From: Utricularia gibba
Lineage: Eukaryota > Plantae > Magnoliophyta
Assembly (NCBI GenBank): GCA_002189035.1
Contig: NEEC01000018.1
Span: 1,240,001-1,304,000 of the forward strand
Direction of reading: 5' to 3'
Length of the DNA: 64,000 bases
Position numbers and translations under genes: made by a program. The notes below the pieces were generated by a model. The model saw only the letters and a program-made list of their open reading frames with translations, was not told the origin of the DNA and searched no databases. This document shows positions 35,376 to 48,689 of this stretch, piece after piece; positions within the stretch are counted from its first letter, which is position 1; each line of letters begins with the position of its first letter.

Positions 35376-36282
35376 ATGGGAGAGTACGTCAAGGAATGGG
35401 AGAAGGCGACGGTGAGGAGGGGCGGAGCTCCATCGGAGGAGAGCACGCGGTTAGTTTTTGGTACGAAGAGGAAGTTTCATTCCGATTTCGAATGTGAGAT
35501 GGCTGGAGGTTCGGAGGAGATGATGTCGCCGTCGGCGGAGACGACGTGTGCTTGCTCCGATTTCATGGTCGACGCGTCCGATGGAGGAGTTAACGAGGAG
35601 AGGCTGAGAGCGCTGAATCTGGAGGTGAAATTTTGAGATTCAAACGTGTGCCTGCATCAGTTTCCCCGTTTCTTCCGTAATTGACGGTGTTTTGCAGGAG
35701 AATTCCGTTGGTGTGGAGTCTAGGTCTGAAGACTGTGATTCTGTTCACGGATCTTACAGGTGAATCAGAACAAGCGCTTTCAGTCGTTCGCCTTGATTTT
35801 TCTTCTTCATCGGAGAAATTCACGTGGATGAGGATTTGAATTCGTTTTCTTTTCTACATTTCCCAGTGGAGAAGCGACTTCATCAAGCGAGCATTCTGGA
35901 GATTCCAAGGATCTGATAATACATTCTCCCTATTCATCGACGAATCCACGGCGACACTTGACACCTCCTCCTCGAACAACTCCATCGGTGAAGATCGACG
36001 TCATGCCATCAACAGCGGCGCTGGAGGAGTTCTTCTCTGCGGCGGAGAAGTACGAGCAAAAACGCTTCATGAAAAAGTGAGTTCCCATTCAAATCACCAC
36101 AAAATATCGGCGCCTCCGTCGGCGTGCGCCGGGCGCATTTTAGACAATTCCCCATGTTTCCTTCCACTCAAAAACCAACAAAAAAAAACTCATGATTGGG
36201 AATGCCGTGTAGGTACAACTACGATGTCGTGAAGGACGTTCCACTAGAGGGGAGATACCAGTGGGTCCCCTTACATCCATAG
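35376..36282 (+). CDS. KRP: Cyclin-dependent kinase inhibitor (ICK/KRP), 4 exons (35376-35624, 35698-35723, 35867-36076, 36213-36282)
   Basis: C-terminal MPSTAALEEFFSAAEKYEQKRFMKKYNYDVVKDVPLEGRYQWV CDK-inhibitor motifs. Splice phases are consistent (0, 2, 2). Confidence 0.9.
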
Positions 36283-37713
36283 ATTAAAGGAGACTTGCTG
36301 CCCAAACCAAGAACAAGGCATCTCCTTCTCCGGGTTCCACTCCATTACTGTCTTCTTTAGTTTGCATTCATTCTAGCGTGCTCAGCTTTCTTCCTACCCG
36401 TTTGCATCCCAGAGCTAGCTCTAAATCTTCTTCGCTCCTGGTTTCGTGTATGTACCTCACTCCTCATTTCCTAATTCTCCCGGTGGTACGGGACTGGTTC
36501 GTATAGTCAGCGTGGCAGTGGTTGTGGACTGACTAGACTTGAAAAAGGCTTGCCGGGAGTGACATTTTTCTTGGTTGCTATTTGCACGGGCCTTCGGAGT
36601 ACAATTGTAGTTGGAGGCTTGTTGTTTTCTAGTGTTCGTTGCCTAGTTCTCATGAAAAGCTGCAACTTAAATCTGGGTGTCAGAGGAGATGAGATGACTG
36701 TTGCTGAAGAAAGATAAAAAGCTCAGCGCAGCTCAGCTCGGTTCTAAATCCCACCACTCCACTTTTGCCTCTCTCCTTCCCTCTCATTCCAAACGGAAAA
36801 ATTCCTACCTTTTCCTTTATCCATCGCCCCACACTTTTCATTCATTCCCTTTCCCCGCCACGCCTTTTCATCCACATTTTAAAATCACTCTTCACTAGAC
36901 AACACCCGAGTTGGATTTGATCAAGTATTGATCCATTAATTGAGATTATTTCTCAAAATTGGTATAGCTATTAGGTACTGGAACTGCCCCAGTTGAAGGG
37001 GCTGGAGCTGTACTGGAATTGAAGCTAGGAGCCTTGAATTTGGCGATGGGGATAATAAATTGGTACTGCGGTGGCCGTAAATGTGTGTTACCTACCTACA
37101 TGGGGTAGTGGTGCTGGTTTCCCACTTTCCACTTTCTACTTTCTACCCCCACTCCCTCGCAGAATGTTAATAATGGCTGGCAACACACCAGGAATCTTCC
37201 TCTGATGACTCCAATGCAGCAGCCGAGACAAGTAATGAATAGCTGCAGTTACTTTTGGATGGAGGAGCCATGGAGGCAAAGTGGTGTGCACGTGGGCACT
37301 ATCCACTGACTAGTCCTCTTCCATGTGCCTTCCATCTCATGGATAGACACCCTTCCTGTTGCAGCCCAATTTTCTCTCTTGTTTTGGAATGAAACAGAGA
37401 GAAGCACAACACGAATGAGGATGATGGATGGGCTTCAGTTACTTCCAGAATGTTGTGGTCTTTTTTGAAGTGGACGCAGTGGGGGCTTTAGGGATTTGTC
37501 AGATAGCCCAATCCCACTTGTGTTAATTGATTATACTCTGGGCTTTGAGGGACTCAGTCCAGACACTCTCGTTTTGATCAAGTGCTGGGCTTTAAGTATG
37601 GCATAGTAGTAGTAGGCAGCAGTACAGAGATTTTGAAGAGAGCTATTGCTGTTTTATTGAATCTGTAGTACCACCAACTCCAGGTACAGGCCCGAGGGAG
37701 GATGTGGAACAAG

Positions 37714-38661
37714 TCACTGATCGTTGATGAAAGAAGCGACTTTCTTGAAGAAGCTTTTGCTCTTCTCGCTGCTGGGAAAGAGCACACTGTATACATGGTT
37801 TTCTCCTTCTGAGTCGATCAGCTCAGCTTCTCCTTCCCATCCGGATTCCTTCAATCCTTGTTTGTAAAGTAGAGCTCGCCCTCTCAGGAAATCATGCTCG
37901 GCGGTGAAGATGAGCAGCTTTTTGAGTTTCAAATCGCGCAGGTTTTCGTCCTTCAGAGGATTGTTTCTGGGATCATCGAGCCCCGTTGCTCCATTCCAAA
38001 CATACATGCAGAGTCTGTCAACGAAGTCTTTGCCGTGAAGTGGGTGATCTTTCTCACTCACTAGGCATTCTTCGCCGTTGAAGAATGGGCAGTTCAGGAT
38101 AGCTCCGATCACCTTGATGGAACCCAGGGGTTCAATGGAGGCGCGGAGGGAGACGTAGTGGGCGAGATTCCCTCCAGCGCTGTCCCCGGCGATGAATACG
38201 CGGTTCAGGTCTGCGAATTCGGAGATCCACTCCTCGCCGCCGGCTCCACACGCGATCCATTTCAGAGCTAGCCATGAATCCTCGTGTGCCGCCGGGAGTG
38301 GGTGCTCGGGGGCTAATCTGTACTCAACGGAAACCGCCACGACGTTCGCCTCCGCCGTGGTAGTTCTCAAATGGGCATCGTAGAGTGCCCCAAACGCAGA
38401 TTCGGTGACGAAACCGCCGCCGTGGAAGTAAACGAGAAGCGGCAGTTTCTGAGACGGAAGTGGAGAGCCAGGGAGGTACACACGAGCAGAGATAGGGATC
38501 TCAGAGTCGATTACGACGTCCTTTGAACGGACTCCGGTGAGTGAGTCCTCAGAGGCCGGCACTCTGGGGGCGGCAATGAGCCTCTCCACTCGGCCGTCTC
38601 TGTACTGCCGGAAAATGGGAGAGAAATCATGCAGGATATCGGTGGATTCTTCAGTCGCCAT
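37714..38661 (-). CDS. Plant carboxylesterase (CXE, HSL-like alpha/beta hydrolase), intronless, 315 aa
   Basis: YFHGGGF oxyanion motif, GDSAGG nucleophile, AEHD acid, GENHV histidine. ATG at 38661; 38664 is GTG. Confidence 0.92.
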   Translation of the reverse strand: MATEESTDILHDFSPIFRQYRDGRVERLIAAPRVPASEDSLTGVRSKDVVIDSEIPISARVYLPGSPLPSQKLPLLVYFHGGGFVTESAFGALYDAHLRTTTAEANVVAVSVEYRLAPEHPLPAAHEDSWLALKWIACGAGGEEWISEFADLNRVFIAGDSAGGNLAHYVSLRASIEPLGSIKVIGAILNCPFFNGEECLVSEKDHPLHGKDFVDRLCMYVWNGATGLDDPRNNPLKDENLRDLKLKKLLIFTAEHDFLRGRALLYKQGLKESGWEGEAELIDSEGENHVYSVLFPSSEKSKSFFKKVASFINDQ

Positions 38662-39348
38662 CACCGCCCTTCCCCGCGAGAACTTACTGGTTTCCCGTTA
38701 CTGCGCGCAAAGCCACTTATATCGCAGCGATTGGTTTGGCAACGCCTACCGCGTACTTTACAATTCTCACCGAACAACCGTCCAGTTAAAAGATACGTGC
38801 CTAACCAACTCCACACAAATTGGACGGCGTTGATATGCTTACACGTTCCTATGTTAGAAATATAGCAATTTGTAAAACATTTGCATAATTATTTTTAAGA
38901 ATATTTTTATTTAAGGTAGATTTTTTAATAAGTAATATTTTTTTTTTTTGAAAAAAGTGGGAGGAGTTAGTAATATTTTTTTTTCAAATTTATGAAATAT
39001 AATATGATTTCAAATATCTATTTATAAAATCTACTTGTTAAAAATGATTTTAATTTTAATTTCATGATATATATTTATCAAATTTGAATATATCACTACC
39101 TTTATTTCTCAATTATTACAATTTTTCTGAACTAAAATGTTTTTTTTCTTAAAAGTTGCACTAAAATGGAAAAGGATATGCTGAAATTTTAATTAATAAT
39201 TTATTTGAAAATTAAAATTAAAAATTAAGATTTAAAATTTTTAGGCTGGAGATGTTCTGTACTATTGCTCTTGGAAGTTCTGTACCAGATACCCTTCGTA
39301 CGAACCAATAAACAGAAGCAAAGAACTGCAGTCTTGGCTCAAGCTAAG

Positions 39349-41820
39349 TCACAGAGCCAAAATCTCTTGTGTATCATTATCTGAATAACTGCTACTCAAG
39401 TTACAGTTTTCGGTTTCTGGAATTCCCTCAGGCTGCTCCGATCCTCCTGCTTCTAGAGATTCCTTGAGATCTGCAATCACAAATGGCTCCACTAGTTCCC
39501 AAAACTCTGCTGCATGGGTTCCCAGAAATCCTACCCAAAAGGCATTCCCCTTCCTTTTCACTAGGCAGTTAAGTGATTTCGCCTTCAAGGACTTTGCCAT
39601 CCTTGCAACATCATCCTCTGGGAACCTCAACCTGAGCAGGATATCCCCAGATGATGTCCTGTAGCCACTGTACATATACCAATAGGCGAGGCTCCGAGGC
39701 GTGAGCCACCGGTGGATCAGCTTTGGAATTGCAGGGGCCTGCATTGGCCAAAACTGCTCTGCGTAGAACTTGTAATGAGAGTGGAATATGGTTGAGAAGT
39801 TACTTGGGATATTGTTGTCATCCTCAACAAGCATTTGAAATGATATCCACTCGTGGAATTGGTTGTATATGTGTCTCTTTAGATATGAATGAATCTTGGA
39901 ATCCTCTCTGAACATGAAATTGATGGCGTAGCTTCTTTGGTCTTCATCTTGTTGAAAAGATACCCCACCCAACAGTAAGCCGATAAGTATCTCTCTCTGA
40001 TCTTTGGTGAGCTTTGGGCCAACTGGCTTCATGATTTCATTGTCTCTTGTGTTCAGTAAAGTCTGGAGCTTCTCCATTACAAGTGATTCAACTTCATATT
40101 TCTTCTCGCACATGAACTCATATATCTTCTTTGCCTTGGCGTTGTTGCCACTGTTGAGATAGCCAACCAAAATGGTGTTGCATGATTTGGAATTGATTCC
40201 GATCGCTTCATCGGCATGCATCCGGCAAAAGATTGACTCTGCCCTCTCAAGATTCTTTGATTCAACCAAAGACTTCAAGTACATGTTGTAAAGTGTTTGA
40301 TTAGGAGTGCCTTTAGCCAGACATTGGAAGAAAGTGGACTCAATTTTATCATGCATCTGTAACTTCTCATACATCTCCATCATATCCAAGAATGAGCGCA
40401 TCAAGGGATTCATTCCACTCTTTATGAAGTCACTCATCACAGATTCAGCGAGCACTGTCTTTTGACCCTTGCATAAAATCTCAATGATCTTGTAATACCA
40501 AATCAAGTTGGATAAACCCTGTTCTTGCATACTTTTGAAGATCTCCAGCGATTTCACGGGCTCCCCAGATCTCGAATACGCCTCCATCATATACAGAACG
40601 GCTTGACTTGGAGGTTTACTACCAGAAGAAAGAATACTTGCCCAAGTTCTTTCAGCTTCTGAGACATCCCCATCCTTAGAACTGGCTCGCAGAACAGAAA
40701 CAAGAACTTCTGTACTCTCTTTAACACCCATTGATCTCAATGCTGCTCTTAGTGATACAATCCTATCTTTGTCTATCACATCTTGATAGCTATGCAACCA
40801 TATAAGGCCACCATATATATCCTTGTGTATTTTTAATCCACTTGCCTCCATGTTATGGACGACAAACTCAGCTTGTCTCAAATATCGTTTACTGGACTCA
40901 CCAGTCCCACTCACCAGAGCTCGAAAGAGGGAGTTGTGCAAGCTTAGCCGTGGTTGGTAACCACCCAAGTGGATCATTTGATTGTATACTTCGCAAGCTT
41001 TATCCAAACAATCTGAACCAGATGAACTAAGGTACGCCACAATCAGAATGTGATACGTGGATTCGCAAGGGATCTTCCCTTGGTTCACGATGCTGTCAAA
41101 TATCTCACGACATTTTAAGTGTTTCCTTTCCTTGCCCACGAAATCTGCCAACTTGGTGGCTAGAGCAAAATCGAATCTGTACCAATGCTGCTTCATCATC
41201 CACTGGTAAACCTGAGCCGTCCAGATCATTCACACTATCAACCACATGAAAGATTTTCATATCCTATTTGAATCAGCAGGCTATGCAACAACACCAGTAA
41301 ATCATCGAATTATATATCGTAGAGGGGAAGAGATGCTTACCCTGTATGCGGACTCATTTTCGCGAATTCTCATGCAATGAACAGCAATATAGGCGCAATC
41401 ATCTTGTCGAATCCATTTTCTTTGCGCACTGAGAATCCGAATAAAGGTTCCAGATCTGTGCGCCGGAAGTTCTTTGCACAGCCACGCCAATTTCGTCCTC
41501 CGCCATTGCTCCGGCAGCTCCTCCAGCTCCTTCACCTCCACCGTCGGCGACTCTAGCTTTTTCAAATCACTTAATCCCACAGTGCCATCGAAATCGAAAC
41601 TCCAAGTCTCTCCCATAAAGTCATATCCATTCTGTTCCTCTTGACTCTGGATGCTGGAAGCTACATCCTCCGCGGAAGGAGATGATTTAAGTGACGGAAG
41701 GCGCCTTAGGCACGGTTTTAGCAGAAGGCCACTAGCAAAGCCGCGCCTGCTGTTCAATTTCTGGTGGCTTGCAGTTACAGGTAGAATCTGAAAGCTGAAG
41801 TAATGAATGCTCCGGAGCAT
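39349..41820 (-). CDS. OTP51: PPR protein with C-terminal LAGLIDADG-like domain, 2 exons (41820-41341, 41211-39349)
   Basis: [44 protein letters not shown] motifs, [12 protein letters not shown], and [20 protein letters not shown]. Confidence 0.93.
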
Positions 41821-42376
41821 CGCAGTCGTGGCTCCGCCGTGCCGTTGAAATATTTCACTTCCGCCCCTATCTCCTCAGCTTTCGGAAAATGAACGCAACT
41901 CACTGCAGCCCAATTAAATGGCCCGAAAAGAACATCAGTTATATCACGGCATGGCCCAGTTCCATATCTCTCCTTAAAAGGCGGTGGAGGCCCAATCCTT
42001 AATATGGGCTCTATGTGCAGCATTTTCGGGCTGTTCGTTCAAGCACAATAGGAGAAAACGAAGACCGAAGGATTCCGTAGAGGCCGGAGGGGTTTGCTAG
42101 CATCTCTGGTTGGGGTTGAGCTCCCGCGTTCATGAGGTGAGCGTAAGTCAAATCGATGTTGCCTTGAATTGTTTGCCGGAATTCTCTTTGTCCATAGCTT
42201 TGTGGTTTTTTTCTACTTTTGCTGTCCGCAAAAGTTGGTTTTGTAGACGAATTTTTGTTCAACTTCGTTTAGTTGTCACGAAGTTTTCTTTTGATATTTG
42301 GAAAGGCAGGGTTGCAGTTACGTTCATGGTATTTTCTGTGAAGCCATGCTAGTTTCGTTTGATGCATGTTCTGCAG

Positions 42377-44980
42377 ATGGCTAGATGGGATGAGATTCTG
42401 TCCTTGCCAATACAGAACCCGCCGGCCCTGGAGTTCTCATCGGCTGAACTCGTCTGGTCCAAGATTGAAGGTTGGCGGGACAACATAGACAGACTTGCTC
42501 TAATACCCTTTGCCCGAGTTGGTGATTTTGTGAGGGGAGAATCAAACAACAGCGAATGCCCAACGAAATTTCATGTCGAGGCCAGGAGAAGACGTACTCC
42601 ACAGATGTCTTGCAAGCCAAAAGTTGATGGAATTCTTGAATACATCCTGTAAGCTCTACTGTGCTATGTAGATATTTTTTCTCTTGTTACAGTAGTTCTA
42701 TGACCACTGCAAGAATTTGGGATACCTATACCTGTTTGTTACCTTTGACAGGTATTGGTGCTCTTTTGGCCCTGATGATCACAGAAAGGGTGGTGTTATT
42801 CGTCCTAGCAGGAACACATATGTGCCAAAAAACAAACCTTCTGGTCGGCCAAACACAAAGAGAGGCTGTACCTGCCATTTTATAGTCAAACGTTTGATTG
42901 CAGACCCATCAGTGGCGCTAGTCATATATAATCAAGATATGCATGTCGATAAGAAGGGGCTTCCCTGCCATGGTCCTCAGGACAAGAAAGCAGTAGGGAC
43001 TCGTGCTATGTATGCTCCATATATCTCAGAAGAGCTTCGCCTTCGTGTCTTGTCTCTTCTTCATGTTGGGGTCTCTGTGGAAACTATCATGCAAAGACAT
43101 AATGAATCAGTTGAGAAACAAGGAGGTCCATGTAATAGAGATGATCTTTTGACCCACAGATATGTCCGAAGGCAAGAAAGAAGTATTCGAAGATCTATAT
43201 ATGAACTTGATGGAGATGATGCTGTTAGTGTTAGCATGTGGGCTGAAAGCCACCCAAGTAGTGTTTTCTTTTATGCAGATTTCTCTGATTCTGACACGTT
43301 TGTCCTGGGAATTCAAACAGAATGGCAGTTGCAGCAAATGATTCGATTTGGAAATTGCCGCCTACTTGCCTACATATCTAATATTGGTTCAAATAAGCTA
43401 AAGGTATTTCACTAAACTTTAATGTGTGATCAGATCGCATATCCATCAAGTTCCTTACAGTAGCCTAAGTTTTTCTCTTGAAATGTATCCAGTATCCTGT
43501 TAGTAGTCTTGTCGTGTTCAACACTGATAACAAGGCCATTCCAGTTGCATGGATAATTACTCCTACATTTTCCAGTGGAGATATACACAGATGGATGCGG
43601 CCTTTGTATGCTAGAGTTACCGCTAAAGATCCTTCTTGGAAGTTAGCCGGTTTTGTCGTAGATGAACCTTCAGCAGATATATTAGCAATCAGGTTTCCTG
43701 GATATTTCCCTTTTAACACATATGCATCTTTATCTGCATAACCTGCTCTTTAATCTTCTTTTCCTTTCCAGGGACGTATTTCGTTGCTCAGTATTGATAT
43801 CCTTTTGGCGTGTTCGTCGAGCATGGCTCAAGAATCTGATGAAAAGATGCGCAGAGATTGAAACCCGTTGCGATATAGCAAACAAGCTTTGTCTAGCTAT
43901 TGTTGGCATCTGCAAGAAAAGTGGCACCGTGGATGCCTTTACAGACTTGGAGGATTTTTCACGAGCTGCAGATTTCATGGACTACTTCAAAGCGGTTTGG
44001 GGTCCAAGGATGGGTAAGCCATCCATTTGAAACTGAAACTGAGGGAATCAAATTTAGTCATTCTCTGATGCCTTTCCCTTATGCTATTCTTCTCACCAGG
44101 TACATGGGCGCATGCGCTGCAGTCTTTTCCTCTCGCCAGCTTGGAAACATGTACGGCATTGGAGCTCTACCATAACCAACTGAAGCTCAGGCTAATGAAC
44201 GAAAAAGATCAAGATGTCTACAACCGTGTCGACTGGCTCGTGAACAAGCTCTGGACCAAGGTGCATTCATACTTTTGGCTTGATGAGTATTCTGAGAAGG
44301 ACTACTTTGCACGCTATTGGAAAGATGAGTGGATGACTTGCCCAACAGCTTGGCGTAAGTCATTACAGATCCCAGATGCACAGGTTATCATAGAAGGGAG
44401 CCTTGTAAAAGTCTTGGAAGCGAAGAATCCTGGCACAGTTCATACAGTACTGAACCCTGGTTCGGAATATGCAATCTGCAATTGCAGTTGGTCAAGAGCT
44501 GGGAACTTATGCGAGCATTCCTTGAAGGTGATCAGACATTTCCGGGGCAAGGGGGCAGTGACGCCATCTGCAAGTATGTTCCACTACCATCGAGCCCTGG
44601 TTGATATGCTCAAGTGCCCGCTGTATGATTCTCTTATCCGTGATCATGCTGTTTCATTATCCATGTGGGCACAAGTGCAGTTGAATGCACATATAAGCCG
44701 GCATGACTCCCCAGTGGACACCTTGGAGCAGAGAACAGCATGCTCATCTGCAGAGACTGTAGTTCAAACTGCAGTTCATCCAAGCTCATCCTCGCAAGCT
44801 GACAATCGGTCAACAATGAAGCGCAAGCAAACAGAACCTGAACCAGGGGAAAGTGTTGCTACCTCTGCTGCAGGTGCAAAGCAGAATCCTGGCTTCACCT
44901 ACCAACGTTTCACGGTGGGGAAATACCGTAAGAAGGGAACTCAAGCCATGCCGGCATGTATATCAGGTTCAACATATTAA
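42377..44980 (+). CDS. Conserved SWIM zinc-finger protein (MULE-transposase-related host family), 5 coding exons; 3' end uncertain
   Basis: MARWDEILSLPIQNPPALEF...YWCSFGPDDHRKGG...KRGCTCHFIVKRL and SWIM motif CNCSWSRAGNLCEH. GT-AG introns are in frame. Confidence 0.85.
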
Positions 44981-46278
44981 AGCAGGAATTCATGTTACAT
45001 GGGGGAACAAAATAGAATGCACCCGCCTCCATAGATTGCTGAGCTTCCTCAAAGGTTGTACATGCATTGCAGATTTCCAAAGAAATAGTTCATTCATTCA
45101 TTTCTTTTGGAGCATCTTCTTCTGTTAAGTGAAACAGCAGGTACAATGTAGGCAATTCACAATGGGAGACAAGAAGGGTACAGAAACTGCAGATACTATT
45201 TACAGGAGATTCAAATCATCAAGGTGCAGTAAATGAAGTAGCCACAATCACGTAGCTCAGGAACTGGAGGCCATCTTCCATTTCCACCAAGGCTACCCTG
45301 CGGGTTCAACAAGAAGATGTTCAGTAAACATATTGGCTTTCTCTTGGACTGATTTCTCTGAAAGGACATCCTGTGTAGCTGCCGCGATGCTTTTCATTCA
45401 TTGTAGCCAATTAGGCCACAGTTATGTCCAATATGCCTGAGCTGAGGAATGGCATTCATCAAGGAGAGGGAGATATATTATTGAAAAAAATGAATTTTGC
45501 AAGAGAAATCCAAGATGGGATAACCAGTAATGAAACTATTGGAACACTGATTCCATGTTCCTAATTACAGAGGCTGCCTGTCTTCTGACAATTTTAGCTC
45601 TTTCCAAGAAGTTTCCTCTGGCCAATCGACTTTCATCATCTCCACCTCTGGAACTTGCCCTTCAGTCGAGTTACAAATCATTGACTTTGGTGGCATCAGA
45701 TCATGAAACGTCGTTGACAGAGAAATCTAATTTAACGATAAAAATAGAAATGACAAGAGTAATTGTTTTATATTTATTTATATCACATTTTTAATTATAT
45801 TTAAAAATTATTTTTATCAAAAAAAGAAATGGAAATATGAAATATTTTGTGTAAAATTATTTTTGATAAGAATAGAAGTAAAAATAGCATCCAAAAAATT
45901 TCCAAAACAGTTTAAAATGAAATTAATTGAGATTTTGTGGTCAAAATGAAATTTATAGAGAATTTCGGATTCTCTCCAGAAATTGTGTTTTGTAACCCAA
46001 TCAGTATAAGCAATGGATTCGGCACAGCTCAGCCAGCCACATCACCTTCCTCTTATCTCTCCCGTGGCTACTGCGCGCACGGAAGCCAATCACTTCGTCA
46101 TCTCATCCCATCTCACGCACACCCTTTTCTTTTCCACACACGCTGCACTACTCAATCTTCTCTGCAGGGAAAAATCCAGAGTAGGTAAGAGGATCTAGAT
46201 TTCAAAGGAAAAACCTTCGTTTGTGCATGCATCTCTTCACCATCTTTTTCCCCGCAGGTTATCGGCGAACTCCCAACA

Positions 46279-46644
46279 ATGGCAACTGCATCAACACTTT
46301 ACACGGTGAGCATCCCCGCGGCAGCCGTCGCGTCCACTGAGAAACTCTCACGGACGCCAGCGAAAGTGAAGTACATCAATGGGCTGAAGTCATTTTGTGG
46401 GCTCAGGGCAGATAACAAATTGGCGGCCTTAGCTTCTCCCATTTCCACTGATCAGTGCTTTGCCAAGATCGTGAGTTGCTTGAAAGCGCCAGCGCAGGGC
46501 AAAAGGGGCGGCGCCCTTTCATCCACTTGCAATGCTGTAGAGGAGATTTTCCGGATCGCAGCAATTATCCCCGGTCTAGTCCTCGTCGGAGTTGCCGTCG
46601 GGTTTGTGCTTCTTCGACTCGAAGCTTCTCTGGAGGAAGAGTAA
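46279..46644 (+). CDS. PETM: Cytochrome b6f subunit PetM precursor, 121 aa; 5' UTR intron at ~46185-46257
   Basis: Transit peptide followed by [40 protein letters not shown]. Confidence 0.93.
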   Translation: MATASTLYTVSIPAAAVASTEKLSRTPAKVKYINGLKSFCGLRADNKLAALASPISTDQCFAKIVSCLKAPAQGKRGGALSSTCNAVEEIFRIAAIIPGLVLVGVAVGFVLLRLEASLEEE

Positions 46645-47273
46645 ATGTCTTTGGCGCTTACCAAAGCATCTGTTTGGATGAATGAATCACACACACTGTA
46701 TTTCGCTTGATTCTGTCACGATTCTACTGATAAGTACTATCGATTCCCGGTTCATTATACAGTAAACCAAAATGGAATTTGAGTTTCTTGGAGAGCTGCT
46801 TCTATGCTATCTAATGGGGTGCTCTGTTTCACTTGAAACCTCATCACCATGTCCCATATCTATCCCAAGATTGTACCTTGATCACTGCTATGGTGATTCA
46901 AGCACCAGAATCCCATAGCTCCAATGGATCCTCAGGAACCCTCAAGCGAATCACACCGCAACATAGCCCCTTCATCTTCTTCCTCGATTCACCACACAAC
47001 GGGTGCCCCTGTCCGATCCAAGAACGTTCTCAGGCATTCCGACCCGAGATCCAAATGTGTTTACCTGAGTGGATTACCTTCGTCTCCCTCAGAAGCTTCA
47101 TCCTTCAACAATTTTCACAGGGATGAATTTGTGTATCCAGCTGAGGAACGCGATCCTGGCAAGCAGTGGGGCAAAATATATTAAAAAATTATTATTTAAT
47201 GTAAAAAAACTAACCTTTTAAATATAGGGTTTTAGATCGTAGTTGCGGTTTCATTTCTCGAAGAGGCGAAAAA

Positions 47274-47437
47274 ATGTTCCCGGGATGTTCATGCGGAAGC
47301 CGGACAAGGCGGCAGCGCTGAAGCAGTTGAAGACGCACGTGATTATGTTCGGAGCATGGGTTGCTGTGATTAGGGCGGCGCCGTACATTCTGCACTACAT
47401 TTCCGGTGAAAAAGAAGAACTCACGCTTCAGCTCTGA
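47274..47437 (+). CDS. TOM6: Mitochondrial import receptor subunit TOM6; first ATG is out of frame as assembled
   Basis: MFMRKPDKAAALKQLKTHVIMFGAWVAVIRAAPYILHYISGEKEELTLQL from ATG 47285. The family N-terminus MFPG starts at ATG 47274, one base out of frame. Telo-box tagggttt at 47225. Confidence 0.9.
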
Positions 47438-48689
47438 ATGGGTACTACAGCGTGGGTTGCTACTCAGGGATAAAAAACTCATCGCCTTCCGCGAACGATT
47501 TAATGATCTTCTCTAGATTTCGCAATCTTCCACCTTGAATGTTTTTTGCGTTTTGAAATCAGATGTTTGGGTTACTGTTCTATGATATTGTGCGCGTATA
47601 TTCTATTCTATTTGGCTTACTTCATTGAATTTCAACAGAACAAGTTTTTCAGGCTGCACTCGCCAATTGAGTTTCTTCTGGCCTTTATTGCACTACCAGG
47701 GTAGTTGAATATTACTTGCAATTCCTTGCAGATCTGCGCTTCTGAGAAAGGAGAACTTGGAGTGGCCTTTAGCTCTTTTCCTTTTTTTTTTCTTGAATAA
47801 TCCTCCTAAGCTGTTGCAACTTAGCAGAATGCAGCGTTGGCTCAACTTTTCTAGTCCCTGCCTGTTGTATTCAGTGTTTTCTATACAGAAAACTGTCATC
47901 ACCCAGTGAGAACACCAACAATAAAGCCATAGCACTCGCATCAGGAGCACCAACAGCTTACTCGAACCTAACTTGGACTATTCCCCCTTATAACTGATTC
48001 CTCCTGGAGGGTAGGCTTCCCGGAGAAAACTCACCATGGATAACAGCTGGGATTATGCGTAGGGCTGCCTTAGCTGCTGCAGTAAAAAAAGCATTGCGCC
48101 TTTCAACGATTCCGAAATCTGAACAAATAAACACAAGGTACTTGAAGAAAACTGTGACACCTTTGCAGCTGCAGGAGCAGCAGCATCTGCCTATAAGTTC
48201 ACAAGGTACTTCAAGAAAACTACAACACCTTGCTTTTTCAAATACAGATTCATTGAAAGCTTCTCCTACGTAACATTGCCTGAAAATTAGAATTCACAGG
48301 GATGAAGCTCATCATATCTTGCCCATGCTGCTGTAATTCGCATCCGATTACACATGTTTTTTCAGAATCCTCAAGGTGACATTTACATTGAATAAGTATG
48401 AAGCAGAGCAAGGAACATCAACTTGGAGTGCCTTGTCAAAAAATGGGCAGTAGCCTGCAACTGAAATGCTATGCAAAACTCACTAGCTCAAGGACCGAAC
48501 CCTGCACAAGTCAACACGGCTTATTGCTTCTTCATAGAGCCATTTATCATTCCTTCTCATACGCATGGGGCATTGTGAGGGTCTTGGAGGAAAAAAAGGA
48601 ACCGGCTGTGTTCTAAGTGAGATGTGCCCTCTTCACCTAAGAGCTTAGGATCATCAACGGCTGACATGCTTCGTTTGTGAGAATTACAT

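Noticed and set aside
36950-37320. Exon-like fragments between KRP and CXE (APAPST, SWCVAS)
   Set aside because: Too short and interrupted to assign to an LTP or X8 family.
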